A DNA stretch of 64,000 nucleotides from Tubulanus polymorphus (taxonomy: Eukaryota > Animalia > Nemertea), in contig NC_134033.1 in the NCBI RefSeq assembly GCF_964204645.1, forward strand, positions 15,136,655 to 15,200,654, given 5' to 3'. The notes beneath the pieces are model-generated. The model saw only the letters and a program-made list of their open reading frames with translations. It was not told the DNA's origin and searched no databases. Of the stretch, positions 13,482 through 26,200 are shown piece after piece (position 1 is the first letter of the stretch; every line of letters begins with the position of its first letter). Both the position numbers and the translations under genes were made by a program.

Positions 13482-13878
13482 CTGAAAATACAGATAAACC
13501 GACATCACAGAATAATACAGCGATTTAATCCGGTCGTCGGATAGAACAAACTACGCGGCGTTATAATCAGTATCGATATCGCACCTCCATTGATTTCATG
13601 ACACACAAAAAACGGGATAGAAATATAGGAATTTTTTGCTTAAATTGACGCTTTAGGGGACTTGAGACTTTTACAAGTCAATCAAATTTTATTGAGCACC
13701 GTTTTCATTTTGTCAACAAAGATAATTGGTGCATCTCAGCGCAGGAGTATGATTAATATTGCCTATTAGGACAATAAAGTGCCATTTTAGGATGTAAATA
13801 GTTCTATTAGCTTTTGGTTCCCGACCCTTGAATCTATCGAAGCACGACTCATATTCATTATTGGAGAGAGAGCTATAA

Positions 13879-14100
13879 GGCTAAAAAAAATTGATACCTT
13901 GTTTCTCCGCTCTGCTGAGCTTAAATGTTGACCCGGCCGGCCGCCTATCTACCCTATACATTACTTTTTTTTAAAAATCGTGATCAATTTTACCATAACA
14001 GACCCAGCCGCTATAGAAATGAACTGTTTATAAATTTTATCATATTTTACAAAAATGACCCGGCCGCTGCAGAGAAACAAGGTATCATTTTTGTTTAGCC
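13879..14100. mobile_element. PIF/Harbinger (Tourist-like) MITE; related copies at ~31047-31200 and 50700-51277
   Basis: TIR ggctaaaaaaaattgataccttgtttctc / gagaaacaaggtatcatttttgtttagcc; TAA TSD. Confidence 0.85.
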
Positions 14101-14344
14101 TAACAACACTATATTTATTTCTACAAATTCATATTCACCACAAAGATTTTTGAATGATGGCCGTATGATTTTTAATGCAGGCGCCTTTCATATTTTAGCC
14201 ACGATTTTGTATTATCAGATATTACGGCTTTATATAGATATTTACAAAACTTTGCCTTTTTCGTGCTATTCCAATATTCGGGACTTTTCGAAGAGGTTTA
14301 CAAGAAAATAGATGGAAAATGAATGATTCAGAAAAACGAATTGT

Positions 14345-14506
14345 CAGTGTTTTCAATAAGAGCCAGGTCCCAGACCCGTCTGTTGTTTGTAAAGGACCCG
14401 CCAGTTTTTTCAAACCAGCTTTCGTTTCAGGGACTGTGACATATTATGGGACCCTCCTGTTTTTCAAAAAGGGACCTGGCTTGTTAATTTCTTATTGAAA
14501 ACACTG
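14345..14506. mobile_element. MITE with 16-bp TIRs and a 5-bp TSD (hAT5-like)
   Basis: cagtgttttcaataag / cttattgaaaacactg; TSD attgt at 14340-14344 and 14507-14511. Confidence 0.8.
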
Positions 14507-15889
14507 ATTGTATTTCCGCGTTTCGTCTATAGACCGATGTCTGGGGCCTACGCTGCTGTTGTTGTTTTCATTGATGTACTTAAAGGAGCCATTTGCGATA
14601 GAAACTATTGATTTAACTAGATGTAAAACATGGTATTAACATCGGTTAAAGTTGTTCTCAGTTGATATTTTTCGAGACGGAACAAATCAATAACTAGAAT
14701 AACCACATTGTTTTACGCGATACAAGAATTCCCCGTCAATATTCTCGTGTCCATTAGTGTTTCAAGAGTTAAAAGCCGCGATCACACGGAGACGACTGGC
14801 ACGGATCAGACCCGAGTCAAATTTGGCCATGCCTAATTAGAAGCCTATATTTCAGCGTTGCTTGAGGAAATCGGGTGATATACCTCAGTCAGTGTTTTGG
14901 AGTCGCTTTTTCACTTTTCAACCCCATTTATGGAGGACTTTTTCGCAAACTTTCAATCATGACAGACGGATTAAAAGTCGATGTTTTAGTTCAGCTGAGC
15001 TGGTCATTTAAGCATCGTCATCAGTAATAACATAACTAACTGCGCTAGGCCGCCCAATATCCTCTCTGAGTCTCAAAGTTGTAATAGACATTGGACCAGT
15101 AGAATGGGTCTAATTTTATGGATTGACCATGTTATTTATTTGATAGGTAGGCCTAAATTCCATTTGGTTTGCGTTTATTTGATGTCCCTTACAATACAAA
15201 CCCATCACATCTGCAAGAAAACTTTAACAGGGGTTTTGATTTTGAAATCGGAAATTAAAATACGGATTTAGTCGCGTGATTCGCGGCCGAAGGTACAGAA
15301 CTTTTGTTCAAAAGGTTTCCTCGGCTTAGGGTTTATTTCAGAGCAGATGGGTTGATCTTCGATGAACATAGCAAAGATCTATGCATGTAGTATGGACATT
15401 GTTGGATGTTCACTTTCAATTACTACTTGAATATAATCGATGAAATTTCACAATGATAGTTGATTCACTGTAGCTATGACTGATCTGTGCGTTAAGCTGT
15501 ATAACGTAGGGGTGGCTCATCTGTTAACACCCTCTGACTGACACCTTGCATAGATTGCAAAACAAACGAAACCCCAGTTACTTCATAGAGAATAACTTTT
15601 AGAGAATAGGGTACCCTTATTTTAAGTAACGTTGATTTAGTATCAACTAACTCTAGCTCACACAGTAGAAGGTAAAGTTAGGGGGGAGGGGCAGTTTAGA
15701 GGAATTTGGCAGCGCTGCCAAGAACATTGAAACAATTCAAACTAGATTTTATTGCACTGTTTTGAACTTGAATTATCGAGGTTTTCGCGAGTTTGCCCAA
15801 TTAGATTTTTACATCGGATAAAAAGAGAGGTAGGCAGGGCGCGGAAATATGAGGTGCGTTAAAATTAGAATGTTTTAGAATAGCCTTAC

Positions 15890-15911
15890 CACCTTGTTTA
15901 CGAACTGGCAT
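15890..15911 (-). CDS. dlg1: Discs large 1 (DLG1/SAP97), first coding exon MPVRKQ(G)
   Basis: ATG CCA GTT CGT AAA CAA G matches the conserved DLG1 N-terminus MPVRKQD; phase-1 donors after 15893 (GTGGTA) and 15890 (GTAAGG); probable acceptor cag at 15921-15923. Confidence 0.92.
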
Positions 15912-16236
15912 GTTTGAATCCTGTGTATGTGCTAGAGAGGTGTGAACCGGTTCGGTTGGTCGAGGTTTGACACCGCTTAAAAACCGACGTTTAAATCTGC
16001 GAAAATCGTAACCGACGCTAGCCGATAATCCGTGAATATTCGCGCTTCGATTAGCGATTAGCGATAATCCCGTGTGAATCAGAATAGCACGTTTATCCTC
16101 GTCAGCGTCAAAACATGAAATCGATTTTTAAAACGCTGTGTTTCGTTGCTGTGTACGGGCAAAATGGCGGCCGTGTGGTCATGTGACTCATTCGTTTAAC
16201 GCACTGCCCGCCAGGTGACGGTTTGATCCGACTCAC

Positions 16237-16330
16237 CGCGACTGTGGCAAGCGAGGATTCCACTGATGGCAAGCGAGGATTGCTACTTCGCGGGCAGATA
16301 ATAGACTGGTTACCGGTCTCTATCTTCTCT
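16237..16330 (-). other. dlg1: Probable non-coding first exon of dlg1 (5' boundary uncertain)
   Basis: Consensus donor cgcg|gtgagt at 16236 on the minus strand, in a CpG-rich promoter-like region upstream of the ATG exon. Confidence 0.45.
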
Positions 16331-16365
16331 ATCGAGCAAAACTTTGGTATGGTTTCTGTATCCTA

Positions 16366-16665
16366 AGGCGTTTTTATTTAAGCAACACGCCTACAACGAT
16401 TTGCCTACAACATCCATATATTTAACCAAATCGCCATTTATTTAACCCAACGCGACCAAATCGCTCATCGAAGCGCTTTTTCCGACAGTGGAGCGTTCGG
16501 TGATAGATCAAAAACAAAATGGCGGCTTTTTCAATCGCAGAAAATTCAGGTTCCGGTTGTGGAGAGTATGGTAATTTATTTATTTAAAGCGATTCGATTT
16601 GTACCACGTGACAGTAATCGACGGAGCAAAGCGATTTTATAAGAGTTGCTTAAATAAAAACACCT
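16366..16665. mobile_element. PIF/Harbinger-like MITE containing a YY1 motif, an ATG and a splice donor
   Basis: 21-bp TIRs aggcgtttttatttaagcaac / gttgcttaaataaaaacacct; 3-bp TSD cta at 16363-16365 and 16666-16668. Confidence 0.8.
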
Positions 16666-16689
16666 CTAATGTTACCTAGAACTGTGTTA

Positions 16690-16845
16690 AACCAGGTCCT
16701 CTAGAACTTGAACCAGGTCCTAGAACTTGAACCAGGTCCTAATTTAATACTTGAACCAGGTCCTAGATAGAACTTGAACCAGGTCCTAGAACTTGAACCA
16801 GGTCCTAGAACTTGAACCAGGTCCCAGAACTTGAACCAGGTCCTA
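16690..16845. repeat. 19-bp minisatellite, ~7 copies
   Basis: tagaacttgaaccaggtcc. Confidence 0.9.
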
Positions 16846-19800
16846 CTGCCTATGGATATATGACCTGTATATATGAAATCCAGCAGTGATTTTGTAAAAA
16901 TTTGTTGATGTTTTGTTTTTTTTTCAGATTCATTGGAGTATGCTATAGTAAGTGTATTTATATAATAGGATGGGTGGCAGGATTCAATCCAAGACTTCTA
17001 CTATCGGCGTGCGAACTCGGTTTACTAAAGGTACATATGCCTGTTATATATCTGTGTACATGTCACATTCATTATTGATTATATCACATCCTGACAACTG
17101 TTCAGCTGGCTGGATGCTGATTGTTTGTTTGCTGTGAGATAATCTAAGCTCATCTTGCTTTTGGTATCTTCATGTGTTCTTCAAACTTTTGAAACTTTTC
17201 CCGTTGAATTACAGCCTCCCCTCTCCATCTCCTCTCCCCTATTGAATTCATCAGAATGATTCACGGGCCGACCGTGAAAAGCAGTGAATTTAATAGAAGG
17301 GCAGTGAAATGGGGGTGTTACTACTAGGCCTATGTGCTACTAAAACGAAGACTATGCACTTAAGAGGTGTAAGCTAACTATGCACGACTAAAACGAAGTC
17401 CGATGAGCTATTGCACTCATTAGAAATCATCACTAGGGATGCTATCTGTGTATTCAACCACCTCTGCCAATGAGTGTATGCAATACCAGATATAAACAAA
17501 TGCATCTGAAACATAAATTGGTAGGTTTTCTCTGGTGCATATAGTCTTTTTATTTAGTAGTGCTTTGTTTTAGTTACACTTGTTGCATAACTCAACGAAT
17601 GACGAATTTCAAAATCATATTTATTCTCATACAACAATTATACAAAATGCCAGGTTTGTGCTTGAGGAATTATAACGTAAGCTCCTCAAACACGTGGACT
17701 TTCAAAAACAATTTGTCCAACCACCATAGGCGTATAAACTATAAATGAGTGTTTATACGCCCCTTGGTCCAAACATAGACTCTAAAACAAAAAAGTCTAT
17801 GGCACAACCATGGACTCAATTGTCCATGGCCCCCGCACTAAAACCAGAGATAAACCTGGCCAAATACTCTGGAAAGCGTAGGATTAAGTAATAAATCTGA
17901 TTTACATTCTTTACATCATTTATTTTCACATATCAAATTATTAACTTTTAGCTTATTTTCTCAAATTTTAATAGGAATTTTATTTCTATTAAAAATGTTC
18001 TATGTATGAAATTGTACTAACTTTAAAACCACAAAAGTTACATGTAAGGTATTTATAAGTCTTTATCTACGATACATTTCAACTACAATTTGCATCAATA
18101 GGAAAATAACAAAAGTGCACAAAGAATTGTAAACTTTGATCCATAAAACACCGAAAATTTGACTAGTCTGAAAGTCGTAAGATTATGAATTTGACAATTC
18201 ATGAGGTCAATATAACCGACACTTTGTTATATTTCATGAAATATGAATCTATCATCGTCAACTTTTCAAATGACATCGAGATTGAGGACATCTCAGTTGT
18301 CAAGAAAAAGCTCAACTTTATTCAATAGGACCTTAATAAATCAGTGTTTTATGAACAATTGACATGAACGTGTCATTTGATCCCCACAACAACAATCATA
18401 CCTAAATGACAGGTATCCATATACTTGAGGAAGTGCCTCAGTCATTTACAAAAACATGACCTGTATTTCAAAAAAGTCTCCAACATAAAATACAAAAACC
18501 AGAGATAAAAAAAAATTCAATCTGGAAAGCTTATGATTAACTAAAGAGTCTTTGATTTAATTTTCATAAATATTATTTTACAAGATAACTAAGAGTTTTG
18601 CCACCTTTGCCTTTGTCTTTAAGAGTCCATATATTGCTGGCACAATCAACTAATTCACACTGTTCATATATCCTCATTTATCAAGAGACTGCTCCTCTAT
18701 TTTGCTCCTCTATTTTCCATTAGGGCCTTAATGAAAATAGTATTTTATGAACCATAGGTGAGCACCACAGTAAAAAAGTTGCAATACACTTAACTAAACA
18801 ATTGAACAGTTTTAACATGAATGAAAAACATGTCTGTCGTTTTATTCTTGCACTACAATTATACCCTGGTGGCTTAAGGGTTATTTCAAAACAGTTCAAA
18901 ATAAAAGCATTTAACCTAAAAAATCACTCACTCTGGAAAGCGCAAGGCTAACTAATTAATCTTAATTATTACTAGAAAACTAAAAACAATGCCAAATTTT
19001 CCTCGTCTTTAAGAGATTTCTTCAAACATTATCAACTACTTTTTCCACAAATTTTACATTTGAAACAAAGCAGGGTCTGATGTAAGCACTAGTCCAATTG
19101 CGCGGGACAAATATATTTTCATTAGGGCATGAAGGTTATCATAATCACTCATCCACCGGGCTTGAGTAATTCTATGTCTCAAAGCTTTTATCCCACTCGA
19201 TGCAAGGGATTTTTGTGTCACAATCAGAATATTCATGGAGGACAAGTTGATTTTTGAGGGGGCAGTGATATTACATATGCTTGCCCCAAGGTCAAGTGGC
19301 ATTTATTCCTCAGATCAAACCCTGCAAACTATTATAAAGGTTTTCCTTCGTGATAATTCAAGATAAATCAAGTAAGTATCTTCAAACAAATATGGTTTGA
19401 CTGAGGAAGCTACGGTAACTTCTTAATTGTATTATTCAACTTGATCGTAGATATAAATACAACTCTATATAAAGATCAGAAATTCTTCTTGTCCAGATAT
19501 TACAGGCCCCACACAGACACGGTTAAACCGATAATCAAAACAAAGCTAGGACAATTGACCAATTAGCATTATATCCTAAAGTTATCAAGAAACTGCTACT
19601 ATTTTCGACAGGCCCTTAATTAAATCAGTATTTTATGAACCACTGAAAAGCACCAAAGTGAAATTGTTGCTATAAAACTTAACAACTGAAAAGTTTCAAC
19701 ATGAATGATGAAAATGTACATTGTTTTATTCACGCAACAATAATATCTTAATCGAGGAATCATCCTGCAAGTTCCTAATTTACAAACACGGGAACTGTGT

Positions 19801-21224
19801 TACAATAACAGTCTCCAACATAAAAGCATCAAAACTAGAGATGAGAAACTCAGATTCACTCTGGAACTCTTAGTATCAATTAATCATTACTTTCACTAGA
19901 AAACTAGAATTTTGCCAACTTTGCCTTGTCTTAAAGATTTCCAAACACCTTGACATTACATACTAAGTATTCTGACGTTTTTCCTGGCAGCTTCAACATA
20001 ATTATACAATCGGAAACTAATCAATAACATCATTAACTTAAGTTTATAGCTGTTGTAAATTCTTTCTAAAAAGTAAAATGTATGTACCAGATTTTAGAAC
20101 ATGTATAAAAATGAACAGTCACAGCAGTGATTGAGCGCGGCTAGTTGAAAGGACGGGTCGATCTTTCATCACAGTTATTCAAAGCATTCTATCATATCAG
20201 TTATTTTTTTAAATGTTTTCGATTTAGTTAAGGTTTATGGTTATTTGTTTTGTTCATTACAATAACTGAGTCCGATATAATGCTTTGAATAACAACAGAA
20301 AAGATCTCGGGTTTTCGCTATACTTAGGGAAGGTTGTTCGATAAATGAAGAACCTTATTGATAAATATTTGAAAAAATGCCTTTTCATGTAAATAGAATA
20401 TTAATTTGTTGTTTGTTTGTATTGTTGTTTATTCTATTTATTATTTATTGGTTTTTTTTTATTTTTTAGAATTAATTTATGTACTTGTAGTTTGTAGTTA
20501 TGTATTATTTATACTCCTCTATTTACAACTGCAGGCATTTTTTCACTGTTAAGTTCTGGGCCCATTTTAAGAAAGCGCTACTGATTCACTGCCACTCCTT
20601 AATAATCATTATACACCCGATTTGAAGCTAAGTGATTATTCACGAGAGCCATCTCGTGATATGGATTAACCCATTACAATAAAAGAAGTTCAAACAGCTA
20701 TAAACAATGTTAAAACGTTAAAAATTAGTCCTAACTATAACTTAATGCCTTGTTATTCCTAGTTTTACCTCTCAAATGTAAATAATGGTCTCCTTTCCAA
20801 TAAAGCTTTCGATTTCAAATACGTAGCTGTGATAATCAAACAGATTGATGGAGGCTTAAATCGAAATCTACGATTTGTTTCAAAATTTTCAAATTGGTTA
20901 CCTTCGAAAATATCAATGCCGTCAAATTTGTACATCTACAATTCAGCAAATAGTTAAACACTGGTCTAACGTTATGTTCTATGTTTCCTAACTATGTGAT
21001 ATCTACACGGACAAGCCACAGTTGACTATGTTTAACTATGGTAAGTTGGAAGATTAAACTCACAATTCATGTTGAAACTATATCTCAGTTTAGGAGTTAA
21101 CTCAACAGACCTACGAGTCAAAACTAGGCACTCGACACGACCATTTACCCCTAGTGACTAACTTAACTTGACTTATCTATCGACCAAGTTCTCAAAGACC
21201 AAAATCGTGCATTAATGGAACTTA

Positions 21225-23230
21225 GCTTTTATTAGACTCTCACATTGCATAAACATTATCAAATAGTTTCCTTGAAAACACTATATTATCCATCAGACTG
21301 GTTTGAAAAAGGTGATAAGCAAAAAAATCAATACTTTACTACAGAAGTCCACTATTGTCTTCGCCGCTCCTGGATTTCAGTGTTTATAACATGCACTATT
21401 ATCTATGCTGCTCCTAATAAGATAAACTATTGTCTTTGCTGCTTTTAAAACAGTGTTTATCCTGAATCAGTGTTTATGAGATAATCCATTAGCTTTGTCG
21501 CTTGAATCAGTGTTTATAAGATTCACTATTGTCTCTGCTGCTCCTGATAAAATGTTTTATAGAAATCATTGATTGTAGAAGAATCCATCGTTGAGTGTTT
21601 AATCTGTCGCTGGCTCCTAAACTTCTCATCTGGGCTTCTGCAGTTTTCATCAGCAAATGGGTCAATCAGAAATCGTTGTGGGTGTCTTCTTCAGACCATT
21701 ATTTCCAGGATGTAGTTTGACTGAAACAAAGTGAAGAAAGCAAAACATTTTAGACAGATTTATCATAACTTACATGTCATTTCAAATTACAAGCCACCGT
21801 GTTTTTCACTTAGTTAATATAGTTATTTCCAAAATCAGAATTAGGTTCATTGACGTCAATTGCCGATTTAAACCCCAATAAATAATTGCAGTAGTAGGAT
21901 TAGTTCATCAATGTTTAAGCTTGGAGTAATCATTTGAAAAATTTCTTACTCCAAGGTGTAAGACTAGTAAAGATAAAAGTTCTAAGATCAGCCATGTGGA
22001 CAGGTAAATAGATTTCGATGATAATCACTTATCAAATGATATTCATATGAGGCCTGAAATTTCTTTATACCGGTAATTTCCATCTAATGAGTTTGATTCT
22101 TCTGTGGGTTGTTCAAATCCGTAGATTTCAGATGAGTAGTTGATTTTAAGCTGGTCTCTTTCTTTTAGTTGAAACTTAGCTGCAATGAGTAAAGATATAT
22201 ATCCTGTAATCACGACATTTAGAAATCATCGTAATAACTCCATGTATATCAAGTTACCTTTTATGATTGCTGGTTTCATCATCGACGAGGATCTCCTAAG
22301 TCGGTTGGTTTCTGTGCACTGTTCTCTAATCGGCAGATCTTTGATGAGTTGTTGACCTCAAGCTCTCGTTTGACTTTTCGAGTTGGTGTCCCTTACAAAC
22401 CTACACACCTTCCGGGAGCGAAACGGTGGTTTTTTTCAAAATCGGAAGTCGAAGTACAGATATAGTTGCGTGATCGGCGGTCGTTTTTACAGAGAACATA
22501 ATTGGTAATTCGGTTCCGGTTCATTCAAACAATCTTTTATTCTGCCTAATTCTGATTTTGGAAATAACTATATTACAAGGTTGAAGATAATTTTACAATA
22601 TTTGGTCTTTTTTTTATGTAACTAGTCCGAAAGTTTACAACGTTTAATAATTTTGTCTAACTTCAATTTTTTTGGTTGTTTTCACCGTTTAAATAGTCGA
22701 AGCACATATTGAGTGACTGATTGGGGTTAACTTTTTGTCTGCCTAATTTAATACATCGAGATTTTGGAAATAACTATATTTTACAATATCTGGTCTTGTT
22801 TTCATGTAACTAGTCCGAAAGTTTACAAGGTTGAATAATTTTATCTATTTTTTTTCTGCCTAATTTAATACATCGAGATTTTGGAAATAACTATATTTTA
22901 CAATATTTGGTCTTGTTTTCATGTAACTAGTCCGAAAGTTTACAAGGTTGAATAATTTTATCTATTTTTTTTCTGCCTAATTTGATACATCGAGATTTTG
23001 GAAATAACTATATTTTACAATATTTGGTCTTTTTTTCATGTAACTAGTCCGAAAGTTTACAAGGTGGGAGGATTTTGTCTAACTTTAATTTTTTTGTCGT
23101 TTTCACCGTCTAATTTTTTAGATTTTATAGTAGTTTTTCTCGAGTATGTCTGAAATCGAAGTACATAATTGGGAAATTTGATTCCGGTTCATTCAAACTA
23201 TCTTCCAATCAGTCTGAAACGGCAAGCTGA
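21225..23230 (-). ncRNA. Spliced antisense locus, paralog 1 (acceptors at 23226, 22203/22179, 21720; donors at 22257 and ~22070)
   Basis: Splice sites and exon sequences homologous to 26150-28160 and 28690-29360; AATAAA on the minus strand near 21228; no long ORF. Confidence 0.5.
22540..23110. repeat. ~119-bp tandem repeat, ~4 copies, inside paralog 1
   Basis: gattttggaaataactatattttacaatatttggtctt...catgtaactagtccgaaagtttacaagg; single-copy counterpart at ~29005-29080. Confidence 0.9.
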
Positions 23231-26200
23231 AGAAAAGAGCAGAACCTTTTGAGCAGAAAATCCTTTCGAATATCACTGATCATAATTATCATGTCAATTC
23301 ATATATAAGATCAGCAATGTGGATCGTTATGTAGATTTTGATAAGAGTCTTAAATGATATTTATGAAATTCAACTCATATAATAATTCATCTATATTCTA
23401 AATATCTAAGCAATGGTTGATTATTATAGTTTAACAACAACTCAACTAAAGCATCTATAGTCATCTCTAGGAATACCAGAGTTACAACAAATTTAGTAAT
23501 GCATAATCAATCTTATCAAATTATTTTTGAACTGTTTTCTTTTCTATCTTCTTGAAATTCTTTGTGTCTTTTATTGAAACCCAGGCCCATCATACAGTGC
23601 AAACCTGCTAGTAATATTGGCCTATATATATTTCGATTGTCAGCTAAACCATGTTCGTATTATAAAATTTACTTCATCGTCTGTTAATAAACTTAAGAGA
23701 TGTTTTCTACCCACAGATGGTGACATCTGTACCCAGTGAATGGTATTCTAATCCATTTCATTTATTCTAAATATTGCTCCTAATATATACAATGATCTTG
23801 TAATTATGATAATGTAACTAACTGAAGAGTGAGTGCGCTGCCAGCATTGAGCACACTGATCCTGTAAGTAACATGGTTCTACAGATTTAAGAAACCTTGA
23901 ATCATTCCCACACCTCGACAAATCCAGAATTCTGCAAAGCCTTAAAGATTCAATAAATCCCACACACAAGAGACAGACTTAAAACATACCCAGTATTATT
24001 TATATATCAATCAATATTAAATTATACAGTTGTCTTATCAACCCTTATGGTTTAGATTTGAGCACTTTCACCTTATATGAAGATGCTGAATTAGATACCT
24101 AATCAATTAGTTAATTGATAATGTCCTAGCTATAATTGAAATTGTCTCGGACAATATTTTATATGGGGCTTGAAATTCCTACACGAGAAGAATTTCAGAT
24201 CCGGTACAAATTTGAATTAATCACTATTTGAACTGCTGATTTTGCATCAGAGCTTTTGATACCTAGCTTAACTAACCCAGAATTCCCCAAAACCTAACTG
24301 ATTCAACAGATCCCACACACATGTGGCCCAGTTAGACGCAGATGACATTGCACGATACAGTCGTCTCATCCACTGCGCAATTTTGAATAAGTTTCACTTA
24401 TATTCATTATATTGAATTGATTTTAATTGAATTCTAGGTATCTAAGCGGACCATTAATTAATAATCATACTAGCTATATTTTAGTTGTCAGTTGAACAAT
24501 ATTCATATGGAGCCTGAAAATCTACATGAGTAGAATTTCAGATGTGGTGAATTCGTCACTATTTGAATTCATCAGAAGTTAAAGATAAAAAAGCATATTT
24601 TTAGTGGTAGATTAAAAACTCCCTTAGCCGAATGGCTATATAATCTTTTTTTCCCTGATATAGTACACTGTGTATAAGGACCGAAAGACCTTGTTATGAC
24701 CTGACCTCCCTGGTGCGGTGCGAGTCATGATGCTAGAAAATAGTTCGAAGGAGAGGGGTTAGTAAAAGAGAGCTATTAGCATGAGGAATAAGACCTAAGT
24801 TTAGGATATCCTGTCAGAATAAGGCTTTCAATCTGACATACACAGTGAAATTGAAATATTCCCCCTTCCAAATCCAGGAATGTATTTGTGCACAGATTTG
24901 TTTTATCTCCCTTCGATCGGAAGTAAATCTGCGTGAAATGATTTTGGCAATATGTATCAAAACTAATACAGCTGTATGAAGACACAATAGGTTCACTAAG
25001 ATACAGATAAACAAATGTGCTCAGATACACATGTATCAGCTACATTTTAAATTTCCATGGAATTAGAGATAATTTCACATAACAATTGAATTAACCTTAA
25101 TCGATCTAAGTAATACGTTAATGAGTAATTCATCTTAGATTCTAATTGTCAGTTAAACTATATCTAATATGCGTCACTTGACACACAGTATGGCTTGTAG
25201 ATATTAATTGAATCAGTTAGGTTAGAGTAAATTTTGGCAATATTGAAAAGCATGACTAGTCGTTATATGCGCGGCAGTTGGCGATACAAAACTGATCAGT
25301 CAATGAGACTGATTCATTTATAGATGTGCTCAAATATATTATATATTTCAGCTATATTTCAATAAATATTTATGATATAAAAAGTTTTGATCTAACATCA
25401 AATATTGAATTCATCTTAATTGTGAATATCTAAGCCATTTTTCCTGGCTGTATTTATGCTAATTGTCAGTCAAACAACAATTATCATGCGTCGCCCAAAA
25501 CAAGACGCAGTGTTTCAGGAATGAATTAAATCAATTAAAGCTTTGGTTTATTCTGGATTTGTCAAAATGTTGAGACCAAATCACTGTTTCATAAAGACCT
25601 GTAGTCCATAGTTTTCCCCATATAACACCAGACCTCGATAATGCCTTAGACACTATCTTATGAAATTCATTACTGTTATGTGTGAGGCAGCACATAGTAT
25701 ATACTGTAAAATATGGCCTCAATCTTTATAAATTTATCAATATATTATTTGTAAAGAAAAATCTATTAACCAACGATAAAGTTTAATTGATATATGTTTA
25801 AGTAAAGCCGACCTAAATTTAAATGGGGCCTTGAAATATCTACACCAGAAGAATTTCTCATCAAACATTACAAGACATTGAATGATTGCTTATATCTAAG
25901 CGATTGGTTAATTAGTAAATTGTTCTATCTATATCTTGATTGTTAGTTAAAAAATAGTCATATGAGGCCTGAAATGTCTACAGTACATTCGAAAAATTTC
26001 AAATGTCACATAAGATATTGAATTTACCTTAATTGTACGTACTTACAAAATCTTTTAATCAATAACTGACCAATCTACATTTTAATTATCAGACAAAAGA
26101 ATATTTAAGTGTCTTCACTCAATCATTTCGTCTAATATTGTTAATATTCAAGCAATCATTGCCTAGCTATATTTAAATTTACTACCGGCCACAGAGCTTC

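Larger units (their letters stand above)
15950..16670. promoter_or_regulatory. CpG-rich divergent promoter region between dlg1 (-) and the LRRK2 fragment (+)
   Basis: CpG enrichment; YY1-type AAAATGGCGG motifs at 16161 and 16516; ETS-like ttccgg at 16551. Confidence 0.6.

Noticed and set aside
16952-17137. ORF MGGRIQSKTSTIGVRTRFTK as the coding frame
   Set aside because: Another frame of the same exon aligns to LRRK2 and is phase-compatible with exon 32143
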